Shown: one piece after another, positions 61,416 through 64,000 of the stretch
Layout of the letters: every line of letters starts with the position of its first letter
Position numbering within the stretch: the stretch's first letter is position 1
Origin: Stegostoma tigrinum
Taxonomy: Eukaryota
Length of the DNA stretch: 64,000 nt
NCBI RefSeq assembly: GCF_030684315.1
Contig: NC_081378.1
Span: forward strand, 34,396,252-34,460,251
Direction of reading: 5' to 3'
Made by a program: the position numbers and the translations under genes
The notes under the pieces: generated by a model
What the model was told of the DNA's origin: nothing
Databases searched by the model: none
What the model saw: the letters and a program-made list of their open reading frames with translations, nothing else

Positions 61416-64000
61416 CTAAAAAGAATGAATTTGGTTAATACACAAACTAAAAATTATCCTCCAGTGTCATCTGTGTAACAGTGCTGCGTAAAATGCCAAA
61501 ACCTCACCATTCCTTTACTGTCAAGGACAGTTCTAAGAGCAGACACCAAACTGGGAGCTACCTGAGGAACTTAGCATGCAAAATTTCTAATTTTAATGCA
61601 ATCATGGAGTTAAGTCATTCAGCACATTGAAGTAATCCTCTATTACACTGACAATGACATCAAAGTTACCCCTCCAAAAAAAAATCCTTCTAGTGTGTAA
61701 ACTCTCCTTTGGCCTCTTTGGAGGAGCCCAACCGTTTTATTATGACATCTAATTCTGTTTTTCCACAAGCTGTACAATTATTTTGCTTTGCAGATTATTA
61801 AGCATGAGTAAATAATTATCCAGCTATGACATTAAATTCACTCTTTTCTAATTTACTTGGTACATTCTGATGCACAGTCTGGGTTTCTCTCAATACATAA
61901 TTTATTCTTCCCCAATAAAATTTTACTGCTTATCATCTTTACACTAAGGTCAGCCTTTTTTCCACACATCTTCTAATGTAGGAGTATTTAGGTAATTCCC
62001 AAAGTATTTCAACAAAAGTGAGCAGTATATTTGAAAACAAATATTTACATCCTACCATTCTTGCTATAAATGTGAACAATTAACCTATTAAACAAATTCC
62101 TTCACTGGTTATAATCTATGTTCCCTCTAATTATTGTTCTTCTGGATGGAGCTCCATGCACAGCAGTGACTTCTGAAACTGGAAGTCAAGATGCGAAGCA
62201 CTGATTGATGTTGACAGCTAAGAGGAAATGTTGGTTATAAACAGAAAGCAAACATTTTGACCCCAACTAGATATGCGCAGGGACAGTTATGTCATGGCCA
62301 ACAGACGGCACTTAAAAAGACAGCATTTTATCAGTGAACTTACAATGAATACCCCACAAACAGACAGAATGAATGCAAAATTGTTTGAACTCAGACAGGG
62401 AATTCAGATGGGATTCCAAAGGGGGAAAAATGTGCTTAAATAAAGTGTTAGTCAGTGACCACAAAGATCTAGGCTTTTTCTAAAAGAATTATCACACAAG
62501 TGTTGCACTGGACTTTTACAAATATTAGCTATAAGGACACTATAATGAAGGGAAAAAGGACAAACATAAGTGCCCCATATGGAAAGTAGGATGTATTATT
62601 TCAATTCTGGATGTTTAAAATCAACGTCCACACTCAGTATGACAACAGACGACCTCTGTGGGTCAACAGGGTAACAGTAAAAGCTGTTCGTGTTTGTCCC
62701 TGCACCTGGAGGAGATCTGCTGCTATGGTAGGCCACGAACATCTGTCTACTGTCATGCTTGCACATCCACTGTAGCTTCTCTGTAAACATTTTATGACAT
62801 ACGTCATCCAACTATTCAGAGAACAATCCTTTCTGCTAGCGTCTGGAAAAGATCTCTGCAACTTTCCAGTTCTGATCAAATAGCTGTAATATTGACTCTC
62901 TTCTGCCTAGAAATCCCTTTCTAAAAGATTACTTTTCACTCTTCCAACTTCAAGTAACTGTTTGTCTTATGATCTTTATATAGAATTTTCACTTGATCTT
63001 AGCACAAATTTTAAAGGCCTCTTCATTTTTAAATGGATCTTTATCTATTGACCAGCTTTCTGAAACACAGAAAAGTGGATGCAGTGTACTATTTTGTGAG
63101 GTTTTTCCATGTTACAAAGTTTGAGTTATCATATTAAGACATCTATCATTTTCACAAACAGAAATTGCCACAATAACTCAGCTGGTCGGCCAGCATCTGT
63201 GGAGAGAAAACAGAGTTAATGTTTCAGGTCCAGTTACCGTTCTTCAGAACACAGAAGCTCATAGGGCGAGGAGAGAATGGGTACGGGTGGCAGCTAAGTT
63301 AGTGAGAGGTTTGGCAAAGTCAGGTGCAAGTGATTGGGAGGGCTCCAATGGTTAATTGGAAGGGCCAGTTTTAAAGCTAGTCAAGACAAAGCGAGTTGGT
63401 GACTTTTTCCAAGCAGGTTCCAGATGCCAGGTATTTCAGTTTTCCAACATCTGCAATATCAGCCTTTTAGATCATTGTTAAAATGTTCCTGAAATCTTCA
63501 ACTGAAGGCTAACAAAATATCCTAAAAAGAAAAATACCAAGGGAGTTCAAAGGGTGTAATCAGTTAAAATTTACAATATTTGCAATGTAGTGAACGATGG
63601 GGAAAATTACCAGTCAATCATTCTCGACAATTGGAAATGAGACAGTGAAAACATGTGCTATTTATGCAATCGCTTTCTACAATGATTGCGAATCATTTTA
63701 TGGACAGTGAAGCTACAGCAAATATGATACCACCTTTAAAGTTTGTAAATAGGAGTACAGTAATATTTTAAAACAAAAAAGCTCATTATTATTTTGCCTT
63801 ACATTATATTGCCTTCCCCTACCACACCATCAAAATCTGAACCTCTAATGCCTCATATTTTTATGGCTTAAATTTTATAAAATGCTGAAACAATTTGATT
63901 TTTCACTGCCTTACTCAATTCAGTTATTTATAATATTTCTCAATTTAACATACGAAACAAATCTCAAATTGCCACCTTGCTATTGCAGTGTTTATAACTA

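Noticed and set aside
62580-62880. Moderately GC-rich patch with overlapping ORFs as NDUFA9 exon 2 or a nested gene
   Set aside because: Lacks GGRSS/VFGATGFLG and convincing splice sites; identity unknown.

Overview
AT-rich vertebrate genomic DNA, most likely from a shark. This is inferred from HE1-like and Deu-domain SINEs, CR1/L2 LINE debris and abundant Penelope-like elements (PLEs). Four spliced genes were reconstructed by hand, with reading phase checked at every junction: TRMU coding exon 1 (minus; the rest lies left of the window); a complete 320-aa serine racemase / Ser-Thr dehydratase-family PLP enzyme (plus, 11890-16789); a complete-looking 616-aa GTSE1 (minus, 39162-17665, one probable GC-AG intron); and NDUFA9 exons 3-11 (minus). 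Most ORFs in the supplied track are repeat-derived or spurious. Main observations: (1) minimal hammerhead ribozymes in two PLE families, with intact cores only antisense to host genes or intergenic; (2) TSD-flanked foldback PLE insertions; (3) a 571-bp mosaic of four locally templated segments joined at microhomologies; (4) an SRR-like gene between GTSE1 and TRMU that lacks the racemase Ser; (5) probably overlapping 3' ends of that gene and GTSE1; (6) a CHR/CCAAT/MYB/ZNF143 cluster at the GTSE1 promoter. No database searches or folding computations were run; repeat boundaries are approximate.
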